DNA from: Octopus vulgaris
Lineage: Eukaryota
Length of the DNA: 64,000 nt
Direction: 5' to 3'
NCBI GenBank assembly: GCA_951406725.2
Contig: OX597821.1
Coordinates: 110,856,001 to 110,920,000 of the forward strand
The notes under the pieces are model-generated. The model searched no databases. It was given only the letters and a program-made list of their open reading frames with translations, and was not told the DNA's origin. This document shows, one piece after another, positions 25,728-40,224 of this stretch (position 1 is its first letter; every line of letters begins with the position of its first letter). Made by a program: the position numbers and the translations under genes.

Positions 25728-26611
25728 ATATATTCATTCAAGAACTATCTCTTCAATATATCTAATATATTAAACCAGTGTATCTTGGATACGCATCAAG
25801 GTCTTCATTTCTATAAATTATATCCCTATAAGAGGTTTAAATATCCGTATCTAAATTTGATAAGACTCTTACTCTATCTTTTATTCCCCCTCTCATTTTT
25901 CTTCCTTTTTCTCGCTTCCCCTCTTTCATATATCTTGGCCCTCTTTTCCTTTAACTCCCACTATTTCCCACTCATTTATCTCCATTGTACCTTTCTCTTT
26001 GTCTCTGATTTTTTTTTCTAATCCTTCAATCCCACTGCCATCTCTGCTCCTTCCACGTGACCGGTGTCCGGCCAGCCATGATCTTTCTTTCTTCGCCTGA
26101 CTGCCCACCGCCAACACCTCTTGTGTCCATCTCCTATGTTCCTGCCTTTAGGCTTTCCCTCCATACACGCCAGCTCAATTTGATTCGTTCTCAGCCGAAA
26201 GACGCCTGTTGTTATTTCTTGTTGTTTGTATTCGTAATTGTGTACCATGTTCTCCGTTATTTTTTTTTTTTTTTGTCTTTGTTGCCGTACATATTCGCTA
26301 GCTTTCTTACATTTTAGGGGCATTAGACATTTTAGGGGCAACCAGATCAAACCATCTCAAGTGTAACTGCCCGAAATGGTCGTGACGTCTGGAACTTGAC
26401 TGAGGAAAGAAAGCCACGAATGACCCGTCTTTCTTTGCTCTTTCCTTCCTCTTTCCTCTTTCCTTCCTTCTTTTTTTCCTTCACTCCTTCCCTTCTCTTT
26501 CTCCGTTTGACTTTAAATCATACTCTAAACTAACTTCATCCTTTGCTTTTTATTTTCTATTCCATCTTATTTTTTGCTGTTGACTCACCATTGCGTCGAG
26601 GCTGACATAGG

Positions 26612-26659
<48 letters not shown>

Positions 26660-26803
26660 TCACACACAGACACCATTATATATATATATATAAATATATA
26701 CACGGACGGACAGACAGATAAATAGATAGATAGATAGAGAGATAGACAGATGTATATGTATGTATATATGCGTGCATATGTGTGTGTGTGGGCGTGTATA
26801 TAT

Positions 26804-26870
<67 letters not shown>

Positions 26871-27198
26871 AACACAATTCATACAGCCACACCAAGCATT
26901 TTAGGATAATTACACATGTATGGCAATCATTTTAAAAAATAAATGTACAATTTTAATATCCCGGATAGATTCCATCCGTTTGCTATCAATGGAGAGATTA
27001 AATCAAAATACCTGGAGATGCCATCACTTTTGGCTTAATTTTCACAACGAGGCTAAAATTCTATGCATCTTTCAAAACGAGGTATACTCAGGAAACAAGT
27101 ATACAATGCACGTGAACATATATATATATTATATATCTGTGTGTGTGTTATGCGTGTAAATGTGTGTATGTATATATGCATATATATGCATGTATATA

Positions 27199-27275
<77 letters not shown>

Positions 27276-27480
27276 ATATATGTATATATATATGTGTGTA
27301 TGTATGTATCTATGTATGTATATGTGTGTATCAAAATCGTATGTATGTTGAAATATTTTTATACGTTTCAAGTTTTTCATTTCTATAAATTATATATGTA
27401 TATATAAATATATATTTGTGTATGTATGTATGTATGTACATATATATATGTATGGATGGATATATTTATATAGGTGTGTG

Positions 27481-27512
<32 letters not shown>

Positions 27513-27853
27513 AGTATGCGTGTGTGTGCATGTGTGCATGTATGCATATATGCATGTAGGCATGAGGCGTATGTGTAGTTGCACGTGCGTGAGGGAGAGA
27601 AAGCAGGAGAGATAGGTGTTGATCTTACTGTCTCCAGGTATTAATTTTTCTGGTCTCTGTGAGATATCTCTTTAATCATTACTTTTGATATCAGTTACCA
27701 TGACAACACCCAATTGATACGTCTTACTGTAGTTATATATGTGTGTGTATGTGTGTATGTATGTATGTATGTATGTATGTATGTATGTATGTATGTATGT
27801 ATGTATGTATGTATGTATGAATGTATGTATGTATGCATGTACGTATGTATGTG

Positions 27854-27888
<35 letters not shown>

Positions 27889-28521
27889 ATGACTATATAT
27901 TCATATTCATAGATTCTATTCTGAATGCAAGTGTGTTTAAAGAAAAAGAGAAAAGGAAAAGGAGAAAGAAAGAAAGAGACAGACAGACATACAGATAGAC
28001 AGAAGCAGAGAGTCTCCATGTCAGGTGGGGAGAGAGAAAAAAGGAGAGAAAGAGTGGGACAGACTTTGTAAGAGCCTAATCTGTTACTTGGTTATGGTTG
28101 CGTATAGCTGGCAACATTTCTCTCTCTTCTTCTCCTATCTCTCTCCCCCTCTCTATTTCTCCCTCTCTCTCTCTTTCCTTCTTTCTCATTCCTTATATAT
28201 CTGAGTGGGTGTGCCTGTACAGACGCGCACCTGTGTGGGGTGAACACACCCACCCAACTGGTTATTTATGCAATACACGACGCTACATAGAATAGTACAT
28301 TCGCGAGGTCGGATGGCCTACAGAACCCATGAGCGTCACGTCTTCCTCTAAAACCCAACAAATAAAGGATCATTAATCAAAGTATACACACGTTAATCTA
28401 AGTAAACCGTACTATGGAAGCATTACAGCCTATCTTACTAATCGGTTTCGCCTTGGGTATTGAAACTGGATGTTAGAAAACATCATGTTTAAGTAATATA
28501 ACGCGCTTATCAGAGCGCAAG

Positions 28522-28930
28522 GGCGAGCTGGCAGAATCGTTGGCACGCAGGGCAAAATGCTTAGCGGTATTTCGTCTGCGTTACGTTGTGAGTTCAAATT
28601 CCGCTGAGGTCGACTTTGCCTTTCATCCTTTCGGGGTCGATAAATTAAGTACCAGTTACGCACTGGGGTCGATGTAAGCGACTTAATACCTATGTCTGTC
28701 CTTGTTTGTCCCATCTGTGTTTAGCCCCTTGTGGGTAAATAAGAAATAGGTATTTCTACTATGTTCTGATTTCAAATTCGACTGGGTTCGGTGTTGCCTT
28801 TCATCCTTTCAGGATCGATTAAATAAGTACCAGTTACGCACTGGGGTAGATGCAATCGACTTAATCCCTTTGTCTGTCCTTGTTTGTCCCTTCTATGTTT
28901 AGCCCCCTGTGGGCAATAAAGAAATAAATA
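28522..28930 (+). mobile_element. tRNA-derived SINE (Meta-domain-like), tandem dimer
   Basis: ggcgagctggcagaatcg...gagttcaaattcc...gtcgactttgcctttcatcctttcggggtcgataaattaagtaccag; second unit from ~28750. Confidence 0.88.
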
Positions 28931-29299
28931 TAACGCGCTCATCAGAGAACAGTGCTGTAAGCTAATATCCGGTGCGAATACCTAGTGTGAAACCCATTGG
29001 TAATAATGCTTGTAATGTTTCTATGATTTTATACAGAATCATAGAAACCTTTAGTAAGACTGGTTGTAATGGATACTACATGCCATTTCCAGCGTATAAA
29101 TTTCTCTCTCACACCTGCTTAACATGCTATTTCTAACATATTGAACAGGTGTGAGAGGGAACCCCTTCGAGCGCACCGTTGCTGAGCTCGTTTTTTGCCT
29201 GAGCATCGGCAGCATAGTTATGAGCAAACTTCTTGGAAGACTTGGGACTTAAGGCTTTGTTGCGGATGAAGAAGGTCATACCTAAAATGAGGATTTCAG

Positions 29300-30245
29300 T
29301 CATTCGCCGTGCTGTTTCTAATTGGTTAGGATTGAATTAGGTGGGCTTCTATAGATAATTGGCATAAAACGGATGACAGTCCGCACCGATGGCTGACATT
29401 AAGTTCCACAGGACCCAAAAGCAATGTGGGATTTGTGTTGGGTAGTTGCGATAAGGAAGTGATAAGGTGACCCAATATATACAGAGACAGTTGCAATTTG
29501 GTAGAGTTCAGGTTTTGAGGCACGAAAGAGAGCAACAGTCTTCGAGCTGAATGTGTGAAATACGAAAAGGGGGTTATGAAACAAACATGGAGTAAAATGT
29601 CGAGACTAGCAACGTATTCGGTTTCTACACCGGCAGCATCGGTGTGGGATGAGTATGCAGGCCTTGAGGAATTATAAGTGTGTCGAAGACGCCGAGGATA
29701 ATGATTTCTGATGGGGACGAGAGATGAGATGGATGTTCTCGATGCGGGAGGAGAATTACTGGTGATACGGAGAGCGATAAAGAGAGTAAGAGTATTCGTG
29801 AAGGAATGAAACGGAGAGACTTTGAGCTCGAGTAAGTGGATGTCATTATTGCAAAGATCCAAATGATGGGGTGACTGGAGTCTACCTATGTTGTAGACAC
29901 CACTTTTTGTAGTAAAGTTCAAGTAGGGAGTGTGTCTTGGACAGTCGAGGTGGATTTTTGGTAGGAGTCTTAGAACGGAGGAGAGTGCATGATTTGTGGT
30001 GGGTGTGATCTAGATTGGAAAGAAATCCTCCAATGTTTGAGAAGAGGCAGAAGAATTGGCCAACATGCTCGGATTTTCTTTAGCGGTGCAGGTGGGTAGG
30101 GATCATCGGAATGTACAGACAGTACTGGTGCGAGGGAACCCCAGGCAAGAAATATGGTCCAAATGTTTGCGACAAGATGAAATCATGCAGTTCTATGTTT
30201 GAGAGATGAGGAATTATGTGTATTATTTACATCTGACGGATATTT
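29300..30245 (-). pseudogene. Decayed PLE 5' region (pLTR end followed by ORF N-terminus)
   Basis: pLTR-like tail 30186-30245 runs into MISSCRKHLDHISCL...; peptide HHLDLCNNDIHLLELK resembles the PLE N-terminal H-xx-FL-xx-C motif; 30080-30145 is duplicated at 30245-30308. Confidence 0.5.
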
Positions 30246-30310
30246 AGCGGTGCAGGTAGGGAGGGATCATCGGAGTATGCAGACAGTGCTGGTGCGAGGG
30301 ACCCACAGGT

Positions 30311-30373
30311 ATATGGTGTAGAGCGCGGGCTACTAACCCCAAGATTCCGAGTTCGATTCCAGGCAATGACCTG
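30311..30373 (+). ncRNA. tRNA-like head (pseudo-tRNA, ACT anticodon loop)
   Basis: tggtgtagagcg, ggg-ctactaa-ccc arm, ccgag-ttcgatt-ccagg with B box GTTCGATTCC; acceptor stem not intact. Confidence 0.6.
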
Positions 30374-30385
30374 AATAATAATAAC

Positions 30386-30459
<74 letters not shown>

Positions 30460-30485
30460 TGATGATGATGATGATGATGATAATC

Positions 30486-30537
<52 letters not shown>

Positions 30538-30539
<2 letters not shown>

Positions 30540-31078
30540 GCCCTGATGCAGTACCAGACAGTGGGTCTCATGGCTTCTGATCTTAACTGATTGGAAGTGT
30601 TATCATGTATATTGTTTTGTCTTGGTTTAAAAGAAGGGCTACAGCAAATATGCTGCTCAATACCACAGAATTGCTTCTCAGTTCTTTGACTTCAACCTGT
30701 TGACCATGTCTCTTAGTGGCTGACGATATGAGCAGAAGTAGTGGGGGAGCATCATAGCTGTGTATTGAAAGGAATTCTTGGAGGTTTGGATAATTCACCT
30801 TTGAAAACATGGGTGGTTCGTTCAACTTCCTTAAACAATCCTTATTCAGGGACCTTTTGAGGGGATGGGCTACTCGACCCTAAGAAAATTCTAACTGGGC
30901 CCCACCTGCAAGGTCATGCGCTGTTTATCTTGATATGAGATCACCATGTCGCGCACATATGGTTGTGATGCATGAGCCTGGTGTACCCTTATCAGACGGG
31001 TAGTCATGATGGGTATACTGGGCTTCGTATATTTGTTTCCCAGTGTCACTTTGATGGCAGGAACTGCTCTCTCACTCA
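30538..31078 (+). mobile_element. ~540-bp non-coding element inserted in (AAT)n
   Basis: End-to-end homologue in reverse orientation at 47996-48553; both flanked by (AAT)n. Confidence 0.85.
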
Positions 31079-31196
31079 ATAATGATAATAATAATGATGA
31101 TAATAATAATAATAATATTAATAATAATAATAATAATTATAATAATAATTATAATAATACCATCGGAATGAGAACCTAGGTTCAAAATTCCCTCAG

Positions 31197-31242
31197 GACA
31201 CTTGATGAAGGCTGGAGAATACATCAGCCGAAAAGTTGTGTT
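31197..31242 (+). ncRNA. Hammerhead-like ribozyme (decayed; U3 core)
   Basis: GACAC-UUGAUGA-A-GGCUG[gagaauacau]CAGCC-GAA-AAGU-U-GUGUU; stem III mismatch. Confidence 0.65.
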
Positions 31243-31474
31243 AACAACAAATGAGATGAGGACAAACATTCGTCAAATGTAAATAATGTAAAAAAAAAGT
31301 GCAATCAGTTAAAGACACCTCAGGACCAGATGCTAGTATTAAAGTGCGTCATGTGAGGAGGGGGGATTACCACCAGAGGTGGGGAGAGCCTTCTACGGCA
31401 TATAAAAGATGGCGACCAGAGAACAAGATCAAGAATAAACGAAAAAAATTGGAAAAGCAAAAGGAAAAACAGCC

Positions 31475-32220
31475 ACTGTGATAAAGAAGTTCACTTCCCA
31501 ACTACGTGGTTCAAGGTTCAATCCCACAGCGCAGCACATTGAACAGGTGTCTTCAACTATAGCCCCGGGCCGACTAATTCCACGCGAATGAACGTGGTAG
31601 ACGGAAACTGCATGGAAAACCGTCGTGTGTGTGTATTTGTCTGTGTGTGTGTAACTGTCTGTGTGTGTGTATCTGTCTGTGTGTGTGAGTGCGCGTGTAT
31701 ATATATATATATCTGTGTGTGTCTATGTGTGTCTGTGTGCGCGCTCGTATGTGTGTATGTGTCTGTTGTGTGTGTGTGTATGTGTGTGTGTTTGTGTCTG
31801 TATGTCTGTGTGTGCGCATCTGTGCGTGAGTGTTCGTGCGCGCATTTTTGAGTGAGTGCGCACGCGTGGGTGTGTGTGTGTTGTGTGTATGTGTGTATGT
31901 GTCTGTATGTGGGAGTGCATGCGCGTATTTGTATACTGTGTGTACGTGTGAGTGTGTGTGTACGTGTCTATGTGTGTGTGTATGCGATTCTTCGTTTTAT
32001 GTGCTTGTTCCGTACCACTAGAGTTGGTTGGTTTACGTCCCCGTAACTTAGCGCTTCGGCACAACAGACCAATAGATTAACTTCATAGATTCAAAAAAAA
32101 ATTTTTTTTTTAAATAGTGGGGATGACTCGTTCGACTAAAAATTCTTCAAATTCTTCAAATTCTTCTGCATCTCAGATTGGCTGCAGTCCAAGAACTAGA
32201 ACAGATAAAAGCATAATAGA
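31475..32220 (+). mobile_element. Diverged OK-like SINE with a greatly expanded internal (TG)n tract
   Basis: Head at 31475-31625, tail at 32010-32220. Confidence 0.75.
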
Positions 32221-33029
32221 AATTAAATGAAAATAGGTCTGCTCGATCAAGCACGACCTAGGGCTAAAAACCAACAACAAGAACAGCCACCCTCAACTCC
32301 ACTACCACCGCCATCACCAGCCCCTAATCCTCAACAACCTAGCATTTTCGGTATTGTCATGTTTTGTGACCACTGACCTTAAATCGAAGAGTACAGTTGA
32401 CTCTCATTAGGTGACCTGCTCCTCCTTTACATCCTGCCTTTTCTCCCTTCCTTCCTGTCTTCCTTCCATTTCTATTTCCCGGGTACTTGTTGATGGACCC
32501 TTGACACGTAAGCCGACCACCCCTAATCGAGGTAGGTCGCTCGGCCGGGAAGTAGGCGGGACGCTAGTGTAAGTGTGAAATGCGGTAGATTAATGGAGAG
32601 AAGGAATGAGTCAGTCGGATAATGGAGATGGAGAGGATGAGGGAGAGACGGGTGGGGAGGAAGAAAGGAAGAGAGAGAGAGAGAGAGGAAGTGTGTGTGT
32701 GTGAGGAAGAGGGGAGAGAGAGAAGAATGGGAATGAGTGAGAAGGGAGACAGAGGTGAAGAGAGAAGGACAGAAAGCGAAAAGATGTGAGGAAGAGAGAT
32801 AATCAGTGAGAGAAAGAGGAGTCAGAGAGAGAGAGAGAGAGAGAGAGAGCGGAAAGGGGAGAGATAAGAAGAGGGAAAGCGAGATATGAGGGGGGAGGAG
32901 AAGGAGGGACAAAGAGAGAAAGAGAGAAAGAGAGAGGATGGAGAGAGAGAGAGAGAGATTAGGTTTGAGAAACAGCGAGAAGGGGGGAGAGAGTAAAAAG
33001 AGAAGTGTTTGTACATGCGAGCGTGTGTA

Positions 33030-33066
<37 letters not shown>

Positions 33067-33509
33067 AATTGAGTGTTTCTGTCTGTAGGAAGGTGACTAT
33101 GACAGAATTGAGTTACAGCAGTTACAGCATCAACGTCAACAGCAGCAGCAGCAGCAGTAGCAGCAGCAGCAACGATAACAGAAGCAGATATTTGACAATG
33201 TTTCTCTCCCCGCTTTTGAATCAATGTGCCAGCGGGAAGGACTTAGTCACCCAACACGAAAGAATGTTAGGACCAAGGATGGCACTTAAACAATGCACTG
33301 CGAGAACTTCGTTTTGCAACAGCACAGTTTCCAATTCAGTTAACCGCGCGTGTGTATCATCTTGGCCAAGTGTCTCCCTACAACAGCCCCAGTCTGACAA
33401 CGAAATTAGTAGCCTTAGAGAAGATAGACGTATGTCCCGTCCGTCCCTCCCTCCCTAATTCTTCTATCCCTCTGCTAAGGCAACACCAATGTCCTTTCAA
33501 CGATTGCTC

Positions 33510-33737
33510 TCGAGCTGGTAGAATCGTTAGCTCGCCAGGCGAAATGCTTATCGGTATTTCGTCTGCCGCTACGTTCTGAGTTCAAATTCCGCCGAGGTCA
33601 ACTTTGCATTTCATCCTTTCGGGGTCGATTAAATAAGTACCAGTTACGTACTGGGGTCGATATAATCGACTTAATCTGTTTGTCTGTCATTGTTTGTCCT
33701 CTCTGTGTTTAGCCCCTTGTGGGTAGTAAAGAAAGAG
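33510..33737 (+). mobile_element. tRNA-derived SINE (Meta-domain-like)
   Basis: Same family as 28522. Confidence 0.88.
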
Positions 33738-34059
33738 ATTGCTCTCGAAATAGTAAGGTCGTGGTTTCGATTCCCGGAGCAGGCGATGCATTGTGTTCTT
33801 GTGCGTAGCTGCAGTCCCCTCAGCTGAGAAGTTAACCGTGCGACGGGCCGCCGTCGCTTTCAGCGGAGACAGTATTGTGATCTCAGTTGTAGAAAGGAAG
33901 TGAAGCCATAGAAATCAGGTCAAGATTCGGACTCATGATCCGGCTTCCGTTGATATAAGTCGAAGGCACAATGGTATCGACTGCTGATTAAAAAAAAAAA
34001 AAGGAAAAAATCTAAATTCTCACAAAACGGAACTAGACGAAATCTTCAAGATCGGCGAA

Positions 34060-34790
34060 CTGATCAGCGTAGACACATTGCTAAAAAGTGACCAAATGAA
34101 TTTGTGCAAAGAACGAGTTTTATATAGAATTTGGAATGCAAAAATGTCTTTTGACGTTAAGCACCAGTCTCGCCTAAAAAGAAACTACAAAAAAACCCTA
34201 AAGGACAATATCGCAACGGATAAAACGAGAACGCTTCCGAAGACAGAACTTATTCCAATTATTAGAAGTAAGAAGCTATGCATTTAATAGCTGCGAGTTT
34301 TTGTATTTCACACACAATCGTTAATCAAGGAAAATGAATAAGGATGCCATCATAAGCATATAAATGAGTTAGTGATTAGCAGAAATAGTGTTAAAGACAA
34401 GATTACGAAATTGGAATACTAACATTGAATATGGCCTGCGTCTTTTTTTTTTTATTGTTATTATTTTTCTGGTTGAATCCGTTGATATTACATCACCAGC
34501 TCGATTAGCAATTATTGCACGATATTTTCACGCAAATTCTATTCTTGCAGAGTTCAATCAAAGAAGTTGCCGTAAAACACACCAAGAAAAAGAATACGTG
34601 ACTGGGTTGTTAAAACGTTTTGTGAAAAACAAATAGATTTGTCAAAAATAGTTTTGGATATGACTGATAATACAATTAATATGGTAGACCTAAGTGTTGG
34701 TTTTGTAAAGCAGTTAAGAGAAGCTGCTGATCCATAGTGTAAAACCTATACTCCGAGTACTTATACCAGAAAGTACTGAGTGTAAAAGTA
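34060..34790 (+). pseudogene. Decayed hAT (Charlie/SPIN-like) transposase fragment
   Basis: LVESVDITSPARLAIIARYF resembles DESTDxxxxAQLAIFxR; DMTDNTINMV resembles TDGAxxMVG. Confidence 0.6.
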
Positions 34791-34919
34791 AGCTTCAAGC
34801 ATTTCTATGAAGAGTGTGACATAGAAAGTCAATTTGACGGCTCGCCATGACTTTGTATCGATGAGAATTTACAAGGTACATTCTAGATGTTTCCTGACCT
34901 TTTCAAGAGAGACATTTAT

Positions 34920-35770
34920 TAGGTTCAAAGAAGCGCAAAACTCTAATCTCTTTTAAAACAGGATCCTGTGGCTTCAATGCACGTGTTGTAGCGCTCCAGT
35001 CACTTTGTAAAATCCCCATAGAGGACCTCCAAAGCGAAAGTGTCCAGGTTTCTTGTCACAGCCTCTTTCATCTTCTCAATGCTTTCAAAACGACTGCCCC
35101 GGAAGTTCTCCTTCAGCTGGGGGAACAACCAAAAGTCACAGGGAGCAAGGTCTGAATTGGAGGGTGGGAAAGGGACACTTCTGGTGCCCATCTCTGTGAA
35201 GTTGTCGGTTACCAGGATCGAGTTGTGATCTGGTGTATTGTCCTGGAGCATTGTCCTTGTGTATTATCCTGGTGTATTGTCCTGGTGCATTGTCCTAGTG
35301 TATTGTCCTGGGGCGTTGTCCTGGGGCATTGTTCTGGAAAAGTGTCCTGGGGCATTGTCCTGGTGTATTATCCTGGTGTATTATCCTGGTGTATTTTCCT
35401 GGTGTATTGTCCTAGTGTATTCTCCTGGTGTATTGTCCTGGGGCATTATTCTGGAACAGTGTCTTGGGGCATTGTCCTGATGTATCGTCCTGGAGCATTG
35501 TCCTGGTATATTGTCCTAGTGTATTTTCCTGGTGTATTGTCCTTAGGCGTTGCCCTGGGGCAGGTGTTCCGGCCTTTTGCGGAAAGACCTCTTCCTGAAA
35601 TCGCTCAAAACCTCCACAAAATACTCTGTTGACCGTCTGACCAGATGGATCCCTATGGATGTAAATGATTCCCTTGCTGTCAAAAAGTGGGATTATCATA
35701 CGCTCCCTGGTGGACTTGCTTTGCCTCACTTTTTGTGTCAGTGCAAAAAAGATGCTTGACTCATACAAGT
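34920..35770 (-). pseudogene. mariner transposase C-terminal relic
   Basis: FDSKGIIY..PSGQTVN, LQDNTPDH, PPSNSDLAPCDFWLFPQLK, RFESIEKMK. Confidence 0.9.
35229..35560. repeat. 13-bp minisatellite (tgtattgtcctgg), about 25 units
   Basis: Direct reading; lies inside the mariner relic. Confidence 0.92.
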
Positions 35771-36064
35771 TAATCCACGGCCAGTCTGGAGCACTTCATA
35801 AGTTTTTGTTGAGTGTTTTGCCAAGTTTAATACAAACTTTTATTTCATTGTGAGCTTCCAAATTGTCTTCGCGTTCCGTCTACATTCTGCAAACTAGTCG
35901 GCTGTTGTAAGCAATGTTTAGTAGGGTGTTTTCAAAATGTTGTTACAGCCGTCTACTTCAATCTGGAATAACAACAGTTGGCAGGTTATATACTAAAATT
36001 ACAAGAATCTATGACAGTAATAACTGCCTCTCTAAGAAAAGACTTAAAACTTCTGGAATGCACC

Positions 36065-36470
36065 TCTTTTACTCTATTACTTGTTTCAGTTATTTGACTG
36101 CGGCCATGCTGGAGCACTGCCTTTAGTCGAGCAAATCGACCCGAGGACTTATTCTTTGGAAGTCTAGTAATTATTCTATCGGTCTCTTTTGAGGAACCGC
36201 TAAGTGACGGGGACGTAATCACACCAGCATCGGTTGTCAAGCGATGTTGAGGGGGACAAACACAAACATATACACACACACACATATACATATATATTAC
36301 ATATATACGACGAGCTTCTTTCAGTTTCCGTCTACCAAATCCACTCGCAAGGCTTTGGTTGACCCGAGTCTATTGTAGAAGACACTTGCTCAAGATGCCA
36401 CGCAGTGGGACTGAACCCGGAACCATGTGGTTCGTAAGCAAGCTACTTACCACACAGCCACTCCTACGCC
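36065..36470 (-). mobile_element. OK-like SINE, full length
   Basis: Family match to 11500-11932. Confidence 0.9.
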
Positions 36471-36684
36471 TCGTAATTTTTTTTTTTTTTTTTTTTTTGA
36501 AATTCAGTTGAATCATTCACCCACTTTATGACAAATTGACTGGGGGTGAACACTTCTCTATCTAACCTCACTTTCCCTTCCAAGTAGAACTTGGAAAAGA
36601 TGATGCAACCTTGGGCGAGGCAGGTATCTGACTTCATGCCTTTCGGTTTCGTCAACTAGACCTCTTTAGCCATAACCACTAGAT

Positions 36685-37166
36685 CAGAGGTCGGCGAACT
36701 GGGATAAATTACCAAGTGGGGTAAAACTGAAATTTTGTTGGGTAATGAGGATTCATTGGACATCAGTAAAATTGTATAAAATACGTGTTACTGGTTACGA
36801 CAGAAATTTTCCTACTGGCAACTCTGCATTTGTCCAATGCAATGGGCGTGTTTAAGAAGACGTCACGCCATTTTGAACTACAGACAATTTGGTTGCTAAG
36901 GTGTTGTCAACATCATTTCTCCAAAACCCGAAGTGAAAAAGTTTCTAGAAAGATCCTTTTGTTTTATAATGAGGATATTAATTTATTTTATCACATTTAT
37001 ATTTATACTTTTTATATTTATAATTGTATTCTCCATATAAATAGATTCTATAAAATCTTTTGAATTCAAAGAATTTATAATTTTCTTCCTTTCAAATGAA
37101 AGAGGTAACGGTGCAGTAAATAAATATATTTTGAGGTAATTGGTTAGAAAAGTTCCCTGGCCTCTG
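36685..37166. mobile_element. hAT-type MITE
   Basis: cagaggtcggcgaact ... agttccctggcctctg TIRs; degenerate 8-bp flanks ending in agat. Confidence 0.6.
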
Positions 37167-37229
37167 GTCAAGATAGAGGAAAACCACCTGCAAAGCCTTG
37201 TTAAACGTGGGTGGTGAGGTGATCTACAC

Positions 37230-37495
37230 CAGTGGTTCCCAAAGTGGGGGGTTGCCCCCTGAGTACGGTGGAAAATTCCAAGGGGACGTTGAAGAAAATT
37301 GGGGCCATAATGAGGAGCGATTCATGAAAAACAACAAAATAATGAATTCATTAAGTTTTATTTATGAAATGCAGTTGCTTTGAATTTGCTTCAGAAAGAT
37401 GTCTATGCTTGTGATGGTTAGTTGAAATGGGGGGCGCAAAGAATGTGGCCCGGATATCAAAGGGGTGACGGCCCGAAAAAGTTTGGGAATCACTG
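37230..37495. mobile_element. hAT-Charlie-type MITE
   Basis: cagtggttcccaaa ... tttgggaatcactg TIRs; perfect 8-bp TSD atctacac. Confidence 0.9.
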
Positions 37496-37688
37496 ATCTA
37501 CACGATGCACTCGGCCGGTAGCTGGAATCGCCTCACAAATGACAACAGTTGCTCGACATAACTCCACAAGTCAGCAATGGTCAAACATTGCAAACATTGC
37601 AAGCATGCGTTTCGTCGCTTGCGCTCATCTTGGACTGTCCTGTCTAGCGGCATTTCCATACTTGCAGAGTGGCTCTCTAACTCACCCT

Positions 37689-37729
<41 letters not shown>

Positions 37730-38453
37730 CCTCCCTCTCACACACTCTCACTCCGTTTCTCCCCCACTCTCTCCATTTCTTTTATTATCTCTCCTTCTCT
37801 ATCCCTCCCTCCCTTTCACCATCCCTCTCATTCTCTCTCTTTCCCTCTCTGTCACTCTTCCTCTCCCGCCCTTTCTCTCTCTTTCTCTCACCCTCTCTCT
37901 CCCTCTCTATCACTCGCTCTCTCCCACACGCTCTCTTTCCGTCTTTCTCATTCTCCTTTCCCCTCTCTTACAATCTCTCTCTATTCCTCCTCTCCTCCCA
38001 CTCTCTCCCTCTCCATCTCTCCGTCTTTCTCCCCTTCTCTCACCATCTCTCTCCCTCTCTGTTCCTCCATCCCTCTCTCCCGCCTTTGCTCCCTCTTACC
38101 TTTCTCTCTCACTCTCTCTCTCTCTCTCTCTCCCTGTTTCACCATCTCTCTCTCCCTCCCTCTCTTCTCGTGATCTTCCTCAAATGCTTCTTTAAGAAGC
38201 TGATGAGGTTTCGTACTCAACCGTCCTTAGAAAAACGTAGTCATATACACCGTTAAATAAGACGGGACAGTCACAGCTGGAATGTCTGTGATCGTAGCTA
38301 AATGATAACAAAAACAAACACAACACAAATTAACTTCAGACACCGCTTTCAGCTATTTTCGTCATCGTCATCATCATCAGCAGCAGCAGCAGCAGCGGCA
38401 GCATCACCATCAGCATCAACATCATCATCAACACTTTCGATACAAATCTCAAT

Positions 38454-38516
<63 letters not shown>

Positions 38517-38567
38517 AACCAATACTACTACTTCTACTACGACTATTATCAATACTACTACTACTGC

Positions 38568-39465
<898 letters not shown>

Positions 39466-39467
39466 AT

Positions 39468-39498
<31 letters not shown>

Positions 39499-39954
39499 AC
39501 CTCTAACGAAATAACGAGCCAACGAAGAAGCCTCTATGTGCTCGCCCGATCTGAAATAGCAGCCAAATCACCTACCCACAGCAGATAGTATTATCTTCGA
39601 TAGATTATCCCGACAGGTCGGGGTGTTCACGGCTGGATTGCATTCGATCACAGAGTTGATCCGCGGCCATACAATTAAAAAATTAATTAAGGAGCTCTAC
39701 GATCCCGTTATTCATCACGTGTTTCAGTCATCCACCCGCTTCTCACCCTCTCCTTCTTCCTCTCTCTCTCTCTCTCTCTATCAATCTATCTATCTATCTA
39801 TCTATCTCTGTCTCCCTCACCAACACACGGACACATACACGTATACTCATACAAACAAACACACACATACACCCTGAATGTCAAACATGAATACGTGTTT
39901 GACATTTCAATCAGCAGTCACCCGACACACATTCAGGGCCTACTATTTGATTTA

Positions 39955-40079
39955 AGCAACAGCAGCAGCAGCAGTAGCGGGAGCAGTAGTAGTACCACTA
40001 CTACTATTACTACTACTACTACTATATAGTAGTAGTTACTACTACTACTATATAGTAGTAGTAGTAGTAGTAGTAATAT

Positions 40080-40130
<51 letters not shown>

Positions 40131-40184
40131 AAGTAGTAGTAGTCCCTTAACAGTAATAGTAGCAGCAGTAGCAGGGCCAGCTGC

Positions 40185-40224
<40 letters not shown>

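Noticed and set aside
30311-30373. Functional tRNA-Ser gene
   Set aside because: D arm truncated, no acceptor stem and no T-run terminator; kept only as a tRNA-derived head
33009-33458. 149-aa ORF in a unique island as a host exon
   Set aside because: Starts in (TG)n, includes an (AGC)n run and has no recognisable domain; insufficient support
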